A stretch of DNA of 54,366 nucleotides, counting the filler, from Deltaproteobacteria bacterium (GTDB taxonomy: Bacteria > JACQOV01), in NCBI GenBank assembly GCA_016202395.1. It is 4 parts of 4 records of this genome, joined end to end, with 100 filler letters (N's around TTAATTAATTAA, not from the genome) between each part and the next. Parts side by side here need not be neighbours in the genome. Positions count along the whole stretch, not along the records: positions 17,060 to 36,558 come from JACQOV010000020.1; 3 more parts are not named here. The stretch is one strand, 5' to 3'. Each line of letters opens with the position of its first letter. The first letter of the stretch is position 1. The notes under the pieces are model-generated. The model ran no database searches, was not told the origin of the DNA, and saw only the letters and a program-made list of their open reading frames with translations. Made by a program: the position numbers and the translations under genes. Below are positions 25,858-33,926 of this stretch, piece after piece.

Positions 25858-27021
25858 TTATTTCGTGACCCATCTTTCCTTTTCTAAAGTACCTTTAATA
25901 TCGAAGGGAATACCATTCTGATCAAGGATCTGTTGCATCCTTGCCACCAACTTATCTTCATCACCCCGTAGCCTGAAATGACCAGGGCCTTTATCCGAAC
26001 GAGTAACCGCTATGCTCCCTCTTACCACGAGACGAATATCTAGACCGTCCGTTCTAGCCGCAGTATAGAGAATCCCTGTCTTAGGATCTTGCACCAAGAC
26101 AGTAGGCCCTGTATGAACTTCAGAAACAGGCAGTCTTAAAATTCTAACGACTGCATGAAAGTTTGTTAATGGGGCATCTAAAGAATAACCGATGACAACA
26201 GGATCATCCGGATTCGATGGACGAGGGATGGGACTCCCTTCAGGAAGTGCACTCCCTGGAATAGTAAATGCCAAGCCATTGTAAATATTGGCCCCCCCTT
26301 CAAATACGTAATTCCCAGAATTTCCACCGGGTCCAGACACCTCCACATCTTGGGCCCCCGTATCCTGCGATCTCCCTTGATAGAAAAACCCAGGCTTCCC
26401 CTCCCACGAACCCGTTCGAGTCAATTGAAAAGTCCCCCGCACGCTATCAGATCCATTCTTAGGGAGCTGATCTCCGCCATGTATCATGTAGTGGAGAGTG
26501 GAGATATCCACCCCCTGGGGAACATTCCCCCCGACTTTCCTCAACTCCATTAATTGGTTGGACTGGGCCGCCACCATTTCGGGGAACTGCCCTGTTTCCA
26601 ACATCCCTTCTAAATCAATCCTAGTGATGGGTCTACCGCGAGTATAAGAATACCCGTTCAAACGACCCGGTTCTATGAGATAGAGATAAGGGATTTCACC
26701 TTTGAGAAGAGGATCCTGGCTGGTAAGAGCACAAAGTACAGGATCGTAATATCTTGCACCTAAATAATAAAGCTCGGAGGAGCGGTCGAGTTCTTGGCCG
26801 GTGTAGAGATAATCGGCCGATGCGGTGGTAACGTGTTGGATCTCTTCACCATAAGGGGTGAAGTGCGAAATCATTTTGGGGTTTCCTTGCTCATCGGTGA
26901 GGATCTGCGAAGATTGAAGCAGATCTGAATGATAAAAAGAGACGCTCGCTTGCAAGGTTCCAACATGAACGCACAAAAAAAGAAACAGTCCCAGAATGCC
27001 ATTCTGCAGGAATGTCTTCAT
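25858..27021 (-). CDS. Mini-Rhs protein 5: signal peptide + Rhs core + unknown C-terminal domain
   Basis: LQA|SVSFYHSDLLQS, FTPYGE, YTGQELD, LGARYYDP, SQDPLL, GRPITRIDLEG; GAGGAGG RBS before ATG 27021. Confidence 0.85.
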   Translation of the reverse strand: MKTFLQNGILGLFLFLCVHVGTLQASVSFYHSDLLQSSQILTDEQGNPKMISHFTPYGEEIQHVTTASADYLYTGQELDRSSELYYLGARYYDPVLCALTSQDPLLKGEIPYLYLIEPGRLNGYSYTRGRPITRIDLEGMLETGQFPEMVAAQSNQLMELRKVGGNVPQGVDISTLHYMIHGGDQLPKNGSDSVRGTFQLTRTGSWEGKPGFFYQGRSQDTGAQDVEVSGPGGNSGNYVFEGGANIYNGLAFTIPGSALPEGSPIPRPSNPDDPVVIGYSLDAPLTNFHAVVRILRLPVSEVHTGPTVLVQDPKTGILYTAARTDGLDIRLVVRGSIAVTRSDKGPGHFRLRGDEDKLVARMQQILDQNGIPFDIKGTLEKERWVTK

Positions 27022-27076
27022 TCGAATCCTCCTCGGGTCAGTAGATGTCGTTTTGATAGCCCTAGCCGGAATTTTA

Positions 27077-27092
27077 TGCAAAATTCATGCCA
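27077..27092 (-). promoter_or_regulatory. Sigma54 (-24/-12) promoter of the mini-Rhs array
   Basis: Minus strand TGGCATGAATTTTGCA = GG-N10-GC with consensus flanks, about 55 bp upstream of the first ATG. Confidence 0.8.
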
Positions 27093-27119
27093 TGAGGGGG
27101 TTTCCGAAAGGCTATTTTT

Positions 27120-27132
27120 TAACTTGTTGATT
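27120..27132 (-). promoter_or_regulatory. IHF-binding consensus site 1
   Basis: AATCAACAAGTTA matches WATCAANNNNTTR, just upstream of the -24 box. Confidence 0.6.
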
Positions 27133-27227
27133 TATAAACTGATTTTTATGAATTTTGGGAAACTTGGATGGGCTTTGAACTCAAGACTGTGTTTAATTTT
27201 TTTAACACCTTTAAACGAAAACTAACA

Positions 27228-27240
27228 TAACTTATTGATT
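27228..27240 (-). promoter_or_regulatory. IHF-binding consensus site 2
   Basis: AATCAATAAGTTA matches WATCAANNNNTTR in an AT-rich tract. Confidence 0.55.
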
Positions 27241-27315
27241 ATATTATTCTTTTATGGATTAATTTTTCTTCACACCCCCCTGTTAATTTTTTTCAACAAC
27301 AGGCGCCCAACAAGA

Positions 27316-27822
27316 TTAGGCGGCGGTGCGGGCTCTGGCCTGTTCCCGAGCTCTTTGAACCCTCTGGAACTCGCGCAGCTTCTCTTGAAGGTCTTTGACC
27401 AAATCCGACAAGGGGAGCAACAGATACTGACCTTGAGCCTTCAAAACATCCAGCACTTCCTGGTCGCCTCGGCAGAGATAGAAATTCTTCACTCCATCGG
27501 TGAGCAAACTAATCGGCTGCTCGCTGCTCAAGGCCTCGTGGAAAGGCCTCTCAATCCCAAACGCTTTGCGCAGATATTCGAGCGTTTTACGAATCTTCTG
27601 AAAACTCATCCCCTTCCTTTTAAGAGTGACAACGGCCTGAAGAACGGCAACATCGAGGGTCGAATAGAGCCTTTTGAGTCCCCCTTTGCCCGAAGCGCGC
27701 TGAATGCTGGGAGAGAAAACCCCTTCTTCATCCCAATACTGAAGGTTCCGATTGGTAAGGCCGGTGAGCTCCTGAATCTCACCGCTGGTGAACCCCTCTT
27801 TTTTCGAAAGAAACACCATCAT
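27316..27822 (-). CDS. MerR-family HTH regulator
   Basis: FTSGEIQELTGLTNRNLQYWDEEG..PS...RLYS.LD...L.RKGMS. Confidence 0.85.
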   Translation of the reverse strand: MMVFLSKKEGFTSGEIQELTGLTNRNLQYWDEEGVFSPSIQRASGKGGLKRLYSTLDVAVLQAVVTLKRKGMSFQKIRKTLEYLRKAFGIERPFHEALSSEQPISLLTDGVKNFYLCRGDQEVLDVLKAQGQYLLLPLSDLVKDLQEKLREFQRVQRAREQARARTAA

Positions 27823-27861
27823 CTTCTCCCGTTAGCAGAGTAACAAGGGATTCCACATCGG

Positions 27862-29121
27862 TCAATGGTTGAGATTTGCGACAAAGTCTTTGGGAGCCCG
27901 ACGGAGGAGGAGCCACCCTGCTACAAAGAAAAGGATCAGGGAGAGGGCGGCCCAACGGGGGGTTCCGGTGAGCGAAGAGAGAAGTCCAAAGAGGAGAGGC
28001 CCTAAGGCCGAGGAAAGTTTGGAGCTCACGCCATAAAATCCGAAGAATTCGTTGCGCTTCTCTTGAGGGGCTTGGCGACTCCAATAGGTGCGGCTGACCG
28101 ATTGCGTGGAACCCATGGCAAGGCCAGCGGCCACCCCAATTCCCCAAAAAAGCCCCTTCCCTTGAACAAAGAAAGCGGCGATCGCGACAAACCACCACAA
28201 CAACAAGGCCCACGAAAGAGAGAATTTGGCGCTCCACCGATCGGCGATCCAACCAAAGATAAGGGCTCCGATGATCCCAGCCCACTGCATGACCAAATAA
28301 AAGAGAATAAGCTCTTTCATTTTGAAACCTAATTCTTGCACCGCAAAAATGGAGGCAAAGTAGATGATAGCGGCGATCCCCTCGGAAAAGAAAAAGAAGG
28401 CGATCCAAAAGCGGAACAGCCCTCGGTACTCTTTCAATCTTTGAAAAGTTTGGAGAGTCCGCCGCAACCCTTCTGGAATAGCCTGGACAAAACTCGTTTG
28501 AGATTTTTCCAAACGATTCTCTTTGAGAAAAAAGAAGGCAGGAAGAGAAAAGATTAAGAAAAAAGCGGCTTGAAGAGCAAAAATGAGGCGAACCCTGGGT
28601 TGCGCCCAGTCCTCTCCAACCTCTTTGAGGATTGGATAAAAAAGGGCGAGGGTGACAAAAGCCCCCAAATAACCGGCCGCCCAACCCCAAGCCGAAAACC
28701 GCCCCTGTCGTTCGGGGCGCTCTAATTCCGGAAGAAAGGCGTTGTAAAAGACCATCCCACAGAGGTAACCCACATTGGCCAGAATGAAAAAGGCCATCCC
28801 TAAAACAAAATTGTTGAGCGGAACGAGAGCTAAAGCCGCGGAGAAACAGACCGAGAGGAGAGTAAAAAAAATGAGGAACTTTTTCCGAAGCCCAAACCGA
28901 TCGGCCATTGCTCCAAGAACGGGGGAAAGAATTGCGGCAACGACCATCGAGAAGGAACCGCTCAATCCCCAAAAGAGATCTTTGGGGCCACAATCCTGAC
29001 AAAGAACATTCCGAAAATAGACCGGGAAAAGGAGTGTGACCATCCACACCATAAAACCGGTGTTCGCAAAATCATAGAGCAACCACGCTATTTTTTGTTT
29101 TTTTGATGTTCGTGGAGCCAT
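27862..29121 (-). CDS. MFS transporter (UMF1/Atg22-like)
   Basis: AWLLYDFANT, PVLGAMADR, FYNAFLPE, SQ..SR, EFFGFY; about 12 TM segments. Confidence 0.9.
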   Translation of the reverse strand: MAPRTSKKQKIAWLLYDFANTGFMVWMVTLLFPVYFRNVLCQDCGPKDLFWGLSGSFSMVVAAILSPVLGAMADRFGLRKKFLIFFTLLSVCFSAALALVPLNNFVLGMAFFILANVGYLCGMVFYNAFLPELERPERQGRFSAWGWAAGYLGAFVTLALFYPILKEVGEDWAQPRVRLIFALQAAFFLIFSLPAFFFLKENRLEKSQTSFVQAIPEGLRRTLQTFQRLKEYRGLFRFWIAFFFFSEGIAAIIYFASIFAVQELGFKMKELILFYLVMQWAGIIGALIFGWIADRWSAKFSLSWALLLWWFVAIAAFFVQGKGLFWGIGVAAGLAMGSTQSVSRTYWSRQAPQEKRNEFFGFYGVSSKLSSALGPLLFGLLSSLTGTPRWAALSLILFFVAGWLLLRRAPKDFVANLNH

Positions 29122-30068
29122 TTTTCGATGTAAGGATAAACCTCGTTCGGCGCGCTCCGCGAGAGAAGGAGCCCCCAATGACTGTAATCCTCCTTGTCCT
29201 GATACCCAATACTAAAAAGACGATAGGTTTTGTCTTCAAACTCGATGTGCCGATAAGTCTCGCGAACCATCGCGGGATGGGCCCACGGATCGAGCTTGCC
29301 TCCAACCAAAAGAATCGGGAGTTTCCACGTCGCCAGCGACGCAACAGGAGATGCCTCCCCCTCCTGATACCACTTTTGAATTTCACCCATGAAGGTTTGA
29401 GGAATCGGCTTTAAACCTTGATCTAAAAACTCGTTGCGAATTTCAGGAAGAACGGAGCGGTCCCAAACCAAAATATCAAAATAGGTCTCGCTACTTCCTT
29501 CAAAAGGGACCTTCCTCTGAGCTCCTAGACTCGGATCCAACGACGCTGCGCTCACTTTTTTAGAGGCTTCCAGTAAATATTGAATCAATCGGCTCGGATA
29601 ACGGAGATAAGCCGTGGTCCCCAACGTGACCACACGATCGATAGGAGACTCAGCGTTTTGCGAGACATAAGCCATCCAGGCCAAGCCACTTACGTCCAAA
29701 CCGATCACCGCAAGATGTCTCTTAACTTGAACGGCCTCCAAAGCTTTAGGAATATCTACTTCCACCCAATCCTTAAAGGTGGGAGGATTGGAATCGGCAA
29801 CCCACACCTCCATCCCCTTCTTTTGAAGATATCGAGCCAGCGAATAATGACGATCCAAATCGTACACAAAATGAGTCGTCCCCAGCCCAGGCCACAGCAA
29901 GACATGATCCCGTGGCGCCCCATCGGGGAGATAGTGGTAAAGCTCTAAAGTTCGTCCATCGGGGAGCAAAAGGCTTTGTTGTGCAATATTCGGATAATTA
30001 CCCGCAGCTTGGCTGAAAGAAATGAGAGCAAAACAGATGAAGACACCTCGAATAATGTATAGAATCAA
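29088..30068 (-). CDS. Secreted alpha/beta-fold hydrolase (PhaC/lipase-like) with atypical nucleophile elbow
   Basis: Signal peptide, LLWPGLG, SLARYL..KG.EVW, IGLDVSG, GKLDPW, DYSHWGLL. Confidence 0.7.
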   Translation of the reverse strand: MILYIIRGVFICFALISFSQAAGNYPNIAQQSLLLPDGRTLELYHYLPDGAPRDHVLLWPGLGTTHFVYDLDRHYSLARYLQKKGMEVWVADSNPPTFKDWVEVDIPKALEAVQVKRHLAVIGLDVSGLAWMAYVSQNAESPIDRVVTLGTTAYLRYPSRLIQYLLEASKKVSAASLDPSLGAQRKVPFEGSSETYFDILVWDRSVLPEIRNEFLDQGLKPIPQTFMGEIQKWYQEGEASPVASLATWKLPILLVGGKLDPWAHPAMVRETYRHIEFEDKTYRLFSIGYQDKEDYSHWGLLLSRSAPNEVYPYIEKWLHEHQKNKK

Positions 30069-30081
30069 GTTACCACCTCTC

Positions 30082-30164
30082 TAACTCCCCCTAACCCCCT
30101 CTTATTCTAAGAGGGGGGAATTATTATTCCTCCCCTTAGGATAAGGGGAGGTCAGGAGGGGTTA
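30082..30164. repeat. C/G-rich double-hairpin intergenic repeat
   Basis: ccccctctta/taagaggggg and cctcccctta/taaggggagg arms at the lpxH stop. Confidence 0.65.
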
Positions 30165-30884
30165 CTTCCAGTATTTGAGTTCCCACCGATTCTCCTGGAG
30201 TGTAACATAGCTATACTGCGTGAGCCAATCCCCGGTGTTGATGTAGAGCCCCTTTCGAGATCCTGCCTCTATCTCCGCAAAATCAGGGAGATGATTGTGT
30301 CCCAGAATCACGACATCGGCCCCTTTTAAGATCTTTTCTCCCGCAAAATCTCGATAAATCTTTTTGCAATCGACATTCTTATGAAGTGTGGTGTAAACCC
30401 GGCTCGTCCTGGACACTTTTTGAGCCATCTTGAAAGTGAGAGAATACGGCAGGCCTTGAGCCAACGCGCGAGTTAAACGATTTCGAAGAATCGGCCGCAA
30501 CAATCGGTAACCATAGTCTTTCTGATAAACACGATCTCCATGGGCAAGATAAACATTTTTCCCCCCAAGGTTTAAGAGGCAATCGCCAGAATAAAGTTCA
30601 GCGCGCCAGCGTCTTTTGGAAAAATCTCCAATAAAAAAATCGTGATTGCCCAAAAGATAAACGATTTTTCCACTGCGAGCGGAATAATCATCCAACCACC
30701 GGATGAAAGGCGCGAAATTTTCCTCCATCAAAGGATTCTCCGGAAGCCAATAATCGAAAAGGTCTCCCAAAATAAAGAGGGCATCGGCAGATTGCGCTGT
30801 CTCGTTTAAAAATTTTAAGAAACGAAGGGACCGCTCATCGGTGGAGTTCTTGAGATGGACATCGGAAACAAAGATGGCTTTCAT
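30162..30884 (-). CDS. lpxH: UDP-2,3-diacylglucosamine diphosphatase
   Basis: SDVHL, LGDLFDYW, GNHDF, AHGD, GHNH, NTGDW. Confidence 0.85.
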   Translation of the reverse strand: MKAIFVSDVHLKNSTDERSLRFLKFLNETAQSADALFILGDLFDYWLPENPLMEENFAPFIRWLDDYSARSGKIVYLLGNHDFFIGDFSKRRWRAELYSGDCLLNLGGKNVYLAHGDRVYQKDYGYRLLRPILRNRLTRALAQGLPYSLTFKMAQKVSRTSRVYTTLHKNVDCKKIYRDFAGEKILKGADVVILGHNHLPDFAEIEAGSRKGLYINTGDWLTQYSYVTLQENRWELKYWK

Positions 30885-32086
30885 TGGGATTCTAAATAAC
30901 GTTCCGCATCAATGGCGGCCATGCACCCGCTGCCCGATGCTGTCACCGCTTGCCGATAAACGGCATCTTGCACATCCCCTGCGGCAAAAACTCCAGGGAT
31001 GTTCGTGGCCGTTCCCTTGTAAGTTTTAAGATAACCCACCTCATTCATATCTAATGGACCTTTAAAAAGATCGGTATTCGGTTTATGGCCGATAGCGACA
31101 AAAAAGCCTTGGCAGGAAAGCTCCGAACTTTTCCCTGTCTTGATGTTTTTTAAACGAAGACCTGTGACCGCTTTTCCATCTCCAAGAACCTCGTCCACAA
31201 CGGTATCCCAAACAAACTCGATCTTTGGATTTTTAGAGGCTCGATCTTGCATGATTTTGCTCGCGCGAAGTTTGTTGCGCCGATGGATCACATACACTTT
31301 GGAGGCATGCTTGGTGAGAAACAAGGCCTCTTCCATGGCGGTGTCCCCTCCTCCCATCACGGCAACCACCTGATTGCGGAAAAAAAAGCCATCGCACGTG
31401 GCGCAAGCGGAGACCCCTTTTCCACGATACTTTTGCTCCGAAGGGAGTCCCAACCATTTGGCAGAGGCTCCGGTTGAAACGATGATCGCTCGGGCCTGAT
31501 ACTCCACTTCCCCAGCGCGCACACGAAAAGGCCTCTCCTTCAATCGAATCTCCGTTGCGTCTCCGGGGATGATCTGGGTTCCAAAGCGCTCCGCCTGTTT
31601 CTTGAAAAGCTCCATCATCTCGGGACCCTGAATTCCTTGAGGGAAACCAGGATAGTTCTCGACATCGGTGGTGGTCATGAGCTGGCCTCCTGTCTCCACC
31701 CCCGCGATGAGCAACGTTTTCAAATTGGCGCGTGAAGCATAAATTGCGGCGGTGTAGCCGGCAGGTCCTGACCCCACAATGATCACATCCCAAAGAGAAT
31801 CGCTGGATGACATTTTCTGCTCCTTTCGTTCAATACCTAAGACGGCATCGAGTTTTCCTTGAGCGTCTAAAGCATGAATCTCATCACAATCCCCGATGTG
31901 TTTCCCATCGACAAAGATCTGGGGGACCGTTTTTCGCCCTGACCGCTTCTGCATCTCGATCTGCCCCTGCCTATCCTGAGTGATGTCACACTCTCGGTAT
32001 TTCACCCCTTTTCGACTGAGAAGATCTTTCGCTCGCCGGCAGTAGGGGCAGTAATCTTTGGTGTAAATCTCAACCTTGGACACCAT
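30881..32086 (-). CDS. trxB: Glutaredoxin-3 / thioredoxin reductase fusion
   Basis: N-terminal CPYC, TVPQIF; then GSGPAGYTAAIY, SACATCDGFFF, FAAGDV, YRQAVTASGSG. Confidence 0.9.
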   Translation of the reverse strand: MVSKVEIYTKDYCPYCRRAKDLLSRKGVKYRECDITQDRQGQIEMQKRSGRKTVPQIFVDGKHIGDCDEIHALDAQGKLDAVLGIERKEQKMSSSDSLWDVIIVGSGPAGYTAAIYASRANLKTLLIAGVETGGQLMTTTDVENYPGFPQGIQGPEMMELFKKQAERFGTQIIPGDATEIRLKERPFRVRAGEVEYQARAIIVSTGASAKWLGLPSEQKYRGKGVSACATCDGFFFRNQVVAVMGGGDTAMEEALFLTKHASKVYVIHRRNKLRASKIMQDRASKNPKIEFVWDTVVDEVLGDGKAVTGLRLKNIKTGKSSELSCQGFFVAIGHKPNTDLFKGPLDMNEVGYLKTYKGTATNIPGVFAAGDVQDAVYRQAVTASGSGCMAAIDAERYLESQ

Positions 32087-32790
32087 TAAAAACTCTTCAA
32101 GATGTCTGAAATCTCTTGACGAATACAGGTAAAGACCGGCGTATCTTTCAAAGTGTAACCGGTTGCTTTAGAGGAGCGCAGATCCATCACCAGATCCAGG
32201 AAATCCTCAGGCTTGTCACTTTCAAACGCAACAACAAACTCCTGATCATCTAATCCGAAAGAATAGGTCGTGTGGAGCTTAACCGAAGGATAGCGATGCC
32301 CGGTCTCAATGTGTTCATTCATCGCCTTTTGACGTTCCTCTTGACTCAACTGATACCAGGCTTTCGTCTTAACAAAAGGATAAACGAAGAGATACTTTGC
32401 CTTTCCAGGGACAACGGTGAGTCGCGTCCCTTCTTGTCCTTCATGCTGGTGCTGATCGACATAGGTCGAGCGCTTCGTCATGGCCAAATAAGAATACGGG
32501 GTTTGGAGATGCTTCCCCAGGGCCGTCTTTTGAATCGCTATAGCCAACTGGTTCAGGCTCTCTAGGTTGGATGCGATCTTCCAAAGCATAAAATCGCAAT
32601 CGGCTTTCATCCCCAGGGTAGAATAGCTTCGGAGAAGAACTCCATCTGAAACTTGCTTGATGGTTTGAGTCCATTCCTCTCCGTTCGCTTGTTTCTCCTT
32701 TTCAGACAGACGCTTCCATTCAGAATCCACTTTATAAAAAGTGAAGCTCACAAATTGGCGACTTTCATTATTTATTTTGGCATCGGCCAT
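32086..32790 (-). CDS. Chlorite dismutase family protein, probable coproheme decarboxylase (ChdC/HemQ)
   Basis: YPFVKT..WYQL, M.EH..G, TYSFGLDDQEFVV; start reassigned to MADAK. Confidence 0.85.
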   Translation of the reverse strand: MADAKINNESRQFVSFTFYKVDSEWKRLSEKEKQANGEEWTQTIKQVSDGVLLRSYSTLGMKADCDFMLWKIASNLESLNQLAIAIQKTALGKHLQTPYSYLAMTKRSTYVDQHQHEGQEGTRLTVVPGKAKYLFVYPFVKTKAWYQLSQEERQKAMNEHIETGHRYPSVKLHTTYSFGLDDQEFVVAFESDKPEDFLDLVMDLRSSKATGYTLKDTPVFTCIRQEISDILKSF

Positions 32791-32870
32791 TAGGGTAAAT
32801 TTATCGATCCCCCCTCCAAAAGTCAATTCGCTTGAATCGGCTGGACAAGATGCTATAATCAACAAGTTCC

Positions 32871-33926
32871 ATGGAATCAGTTACTATGAAAGAAAATCAA
32901 CAGGATCCGAAGGTGGACCCCATCAATCGAAAGATTTTGAACCGGATTCAGGCCGATTTCCCGCTGGTTCAACGCCCTTTTGCAGAGATGGCTCAAAGCT
33001 TGGGGACTACCGAGGAAGAGGTCCTAGAACGTGTTCGCCAACTCTTCCAAGCCAAGATCATCCGTCAGATTGGGCCGATCTTCGACACACGGAATCTGGG
33101 TTATGCCAGTAGCCTCGTTGCTTTCCGAATCCCGCAAGACAAGCTCATCGCTGGGGCTAAAATGATTAACTCTCACCCTGGAGTGAGCCACAACTATGAA
33201 CGAAATAACGATTTCAATCTCTGGTTCACTATCGCAGTTCCCCCAGGAGAGAACCTGGAAAAACATATAGAGGCTTTAACACAACTCACCCATGCGGAAT
33301 CGGGACGGATCCTTCAAACGATTCAACTTTTCAAGATTGGGGTTCGTCTCGATATCGGGGATGCTGTGGGAGGACGAGGCCGCGAAGAGGATGATTTTGG
33401 AGTTTACGAGAAAATAGCGGGGGCCCCTTCCGCTGAAGAACAACGGATGATTGCCGTGCTGCAAGAAAATATTGAGCTTACCGAAGAGCCCTTTGCAAAA
33501 TATGCTAAACAGCTTGACACAACCCAAGAGAAAGTTTTGGAAGCCCTCCATCGATTTAAAGAAAAAGGTTACATGCGCCGATTCGCCGCAATCTTAAGAC
33601 ACCGCAAGGCTGGATTTATGGCCAATGGGATGGCCGTATGGAAAGTTCCGCCCGAGCGGGCCACGGAATGCGGCCAGATTATGGCGAATTTCAGGGTGGT
33701 GAGTCATTGTTATCAACGCCCCACGTATCCCGATTGGCCCTATGCCCTCTTTTCAATGATTCATGCCAAAACAGAAGAGGCCTGTTGCGAGGCAGCTCGC
33801 GAGATCTCTGAAGCCACAAAACTCACGGATTACGCTGTTTTATTTAGTCTGAGAGAGTTTAAGAAATCCCGCGTCCGCTACTTCGACGGCTCGATTCAAC
33901 AATGGACTGCTCAATACGTTCATTAA
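32871..33926 (+). CDS. Fused siroheme decarboxylase AhbA-AhbB (NirDL/GH-like)
   Basis: Two Lrp/AsnC-like halves with GVSHNYER and VSHCYQRP..PDWPY.LFSMIH. Confidence 0.9.
   Translation: MESVTMKENQQDPKVDPINRKILNRIQADFPLVQRPFAEMAQSLGTTEEEVLERVRQLFQAKIIRQIGPIFDTRNLGYASSLVAFRIPQDKLIAGAKMINSHPGVSHNYERNNDFNLWFTIAVPPGENLEKHIEALTQLTHAESGRILQTIQLFKIGVRLDIGDAVGGRGREEDDFGVYEKIAGAPSAEEQRMIAVLQENIELTEEPFAKYAKQLDTTQEKVLEALHRFKEKGYMRRFAAILRHRKAGFMANGMAVWKVPPERATECGQIMANFRVVSHCYQRPTYPDWPYALFSMIHAKTEEACCEAAREISEATKLTDYAVLFSLREFKKSRVRYFDGSIQQWTAQYVH

Noticed and set aside
21249..26553. Small plus-strand or off-frame ORFs inside the Rhs array as possible immunity genes (e.g. 23796-24452, 25040-25420, 22391-22687)
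   Set aside because: All lie antisense to or within the Rhs genes or repeats and show no protein-like features; immunity genes are normally co-oriented and directly downstream
27779..29047. 422-aa ORF on the minus strand
   Set aside because: Alternative frame fully overlapping the well-supported MFS gene; no recognisable motifs
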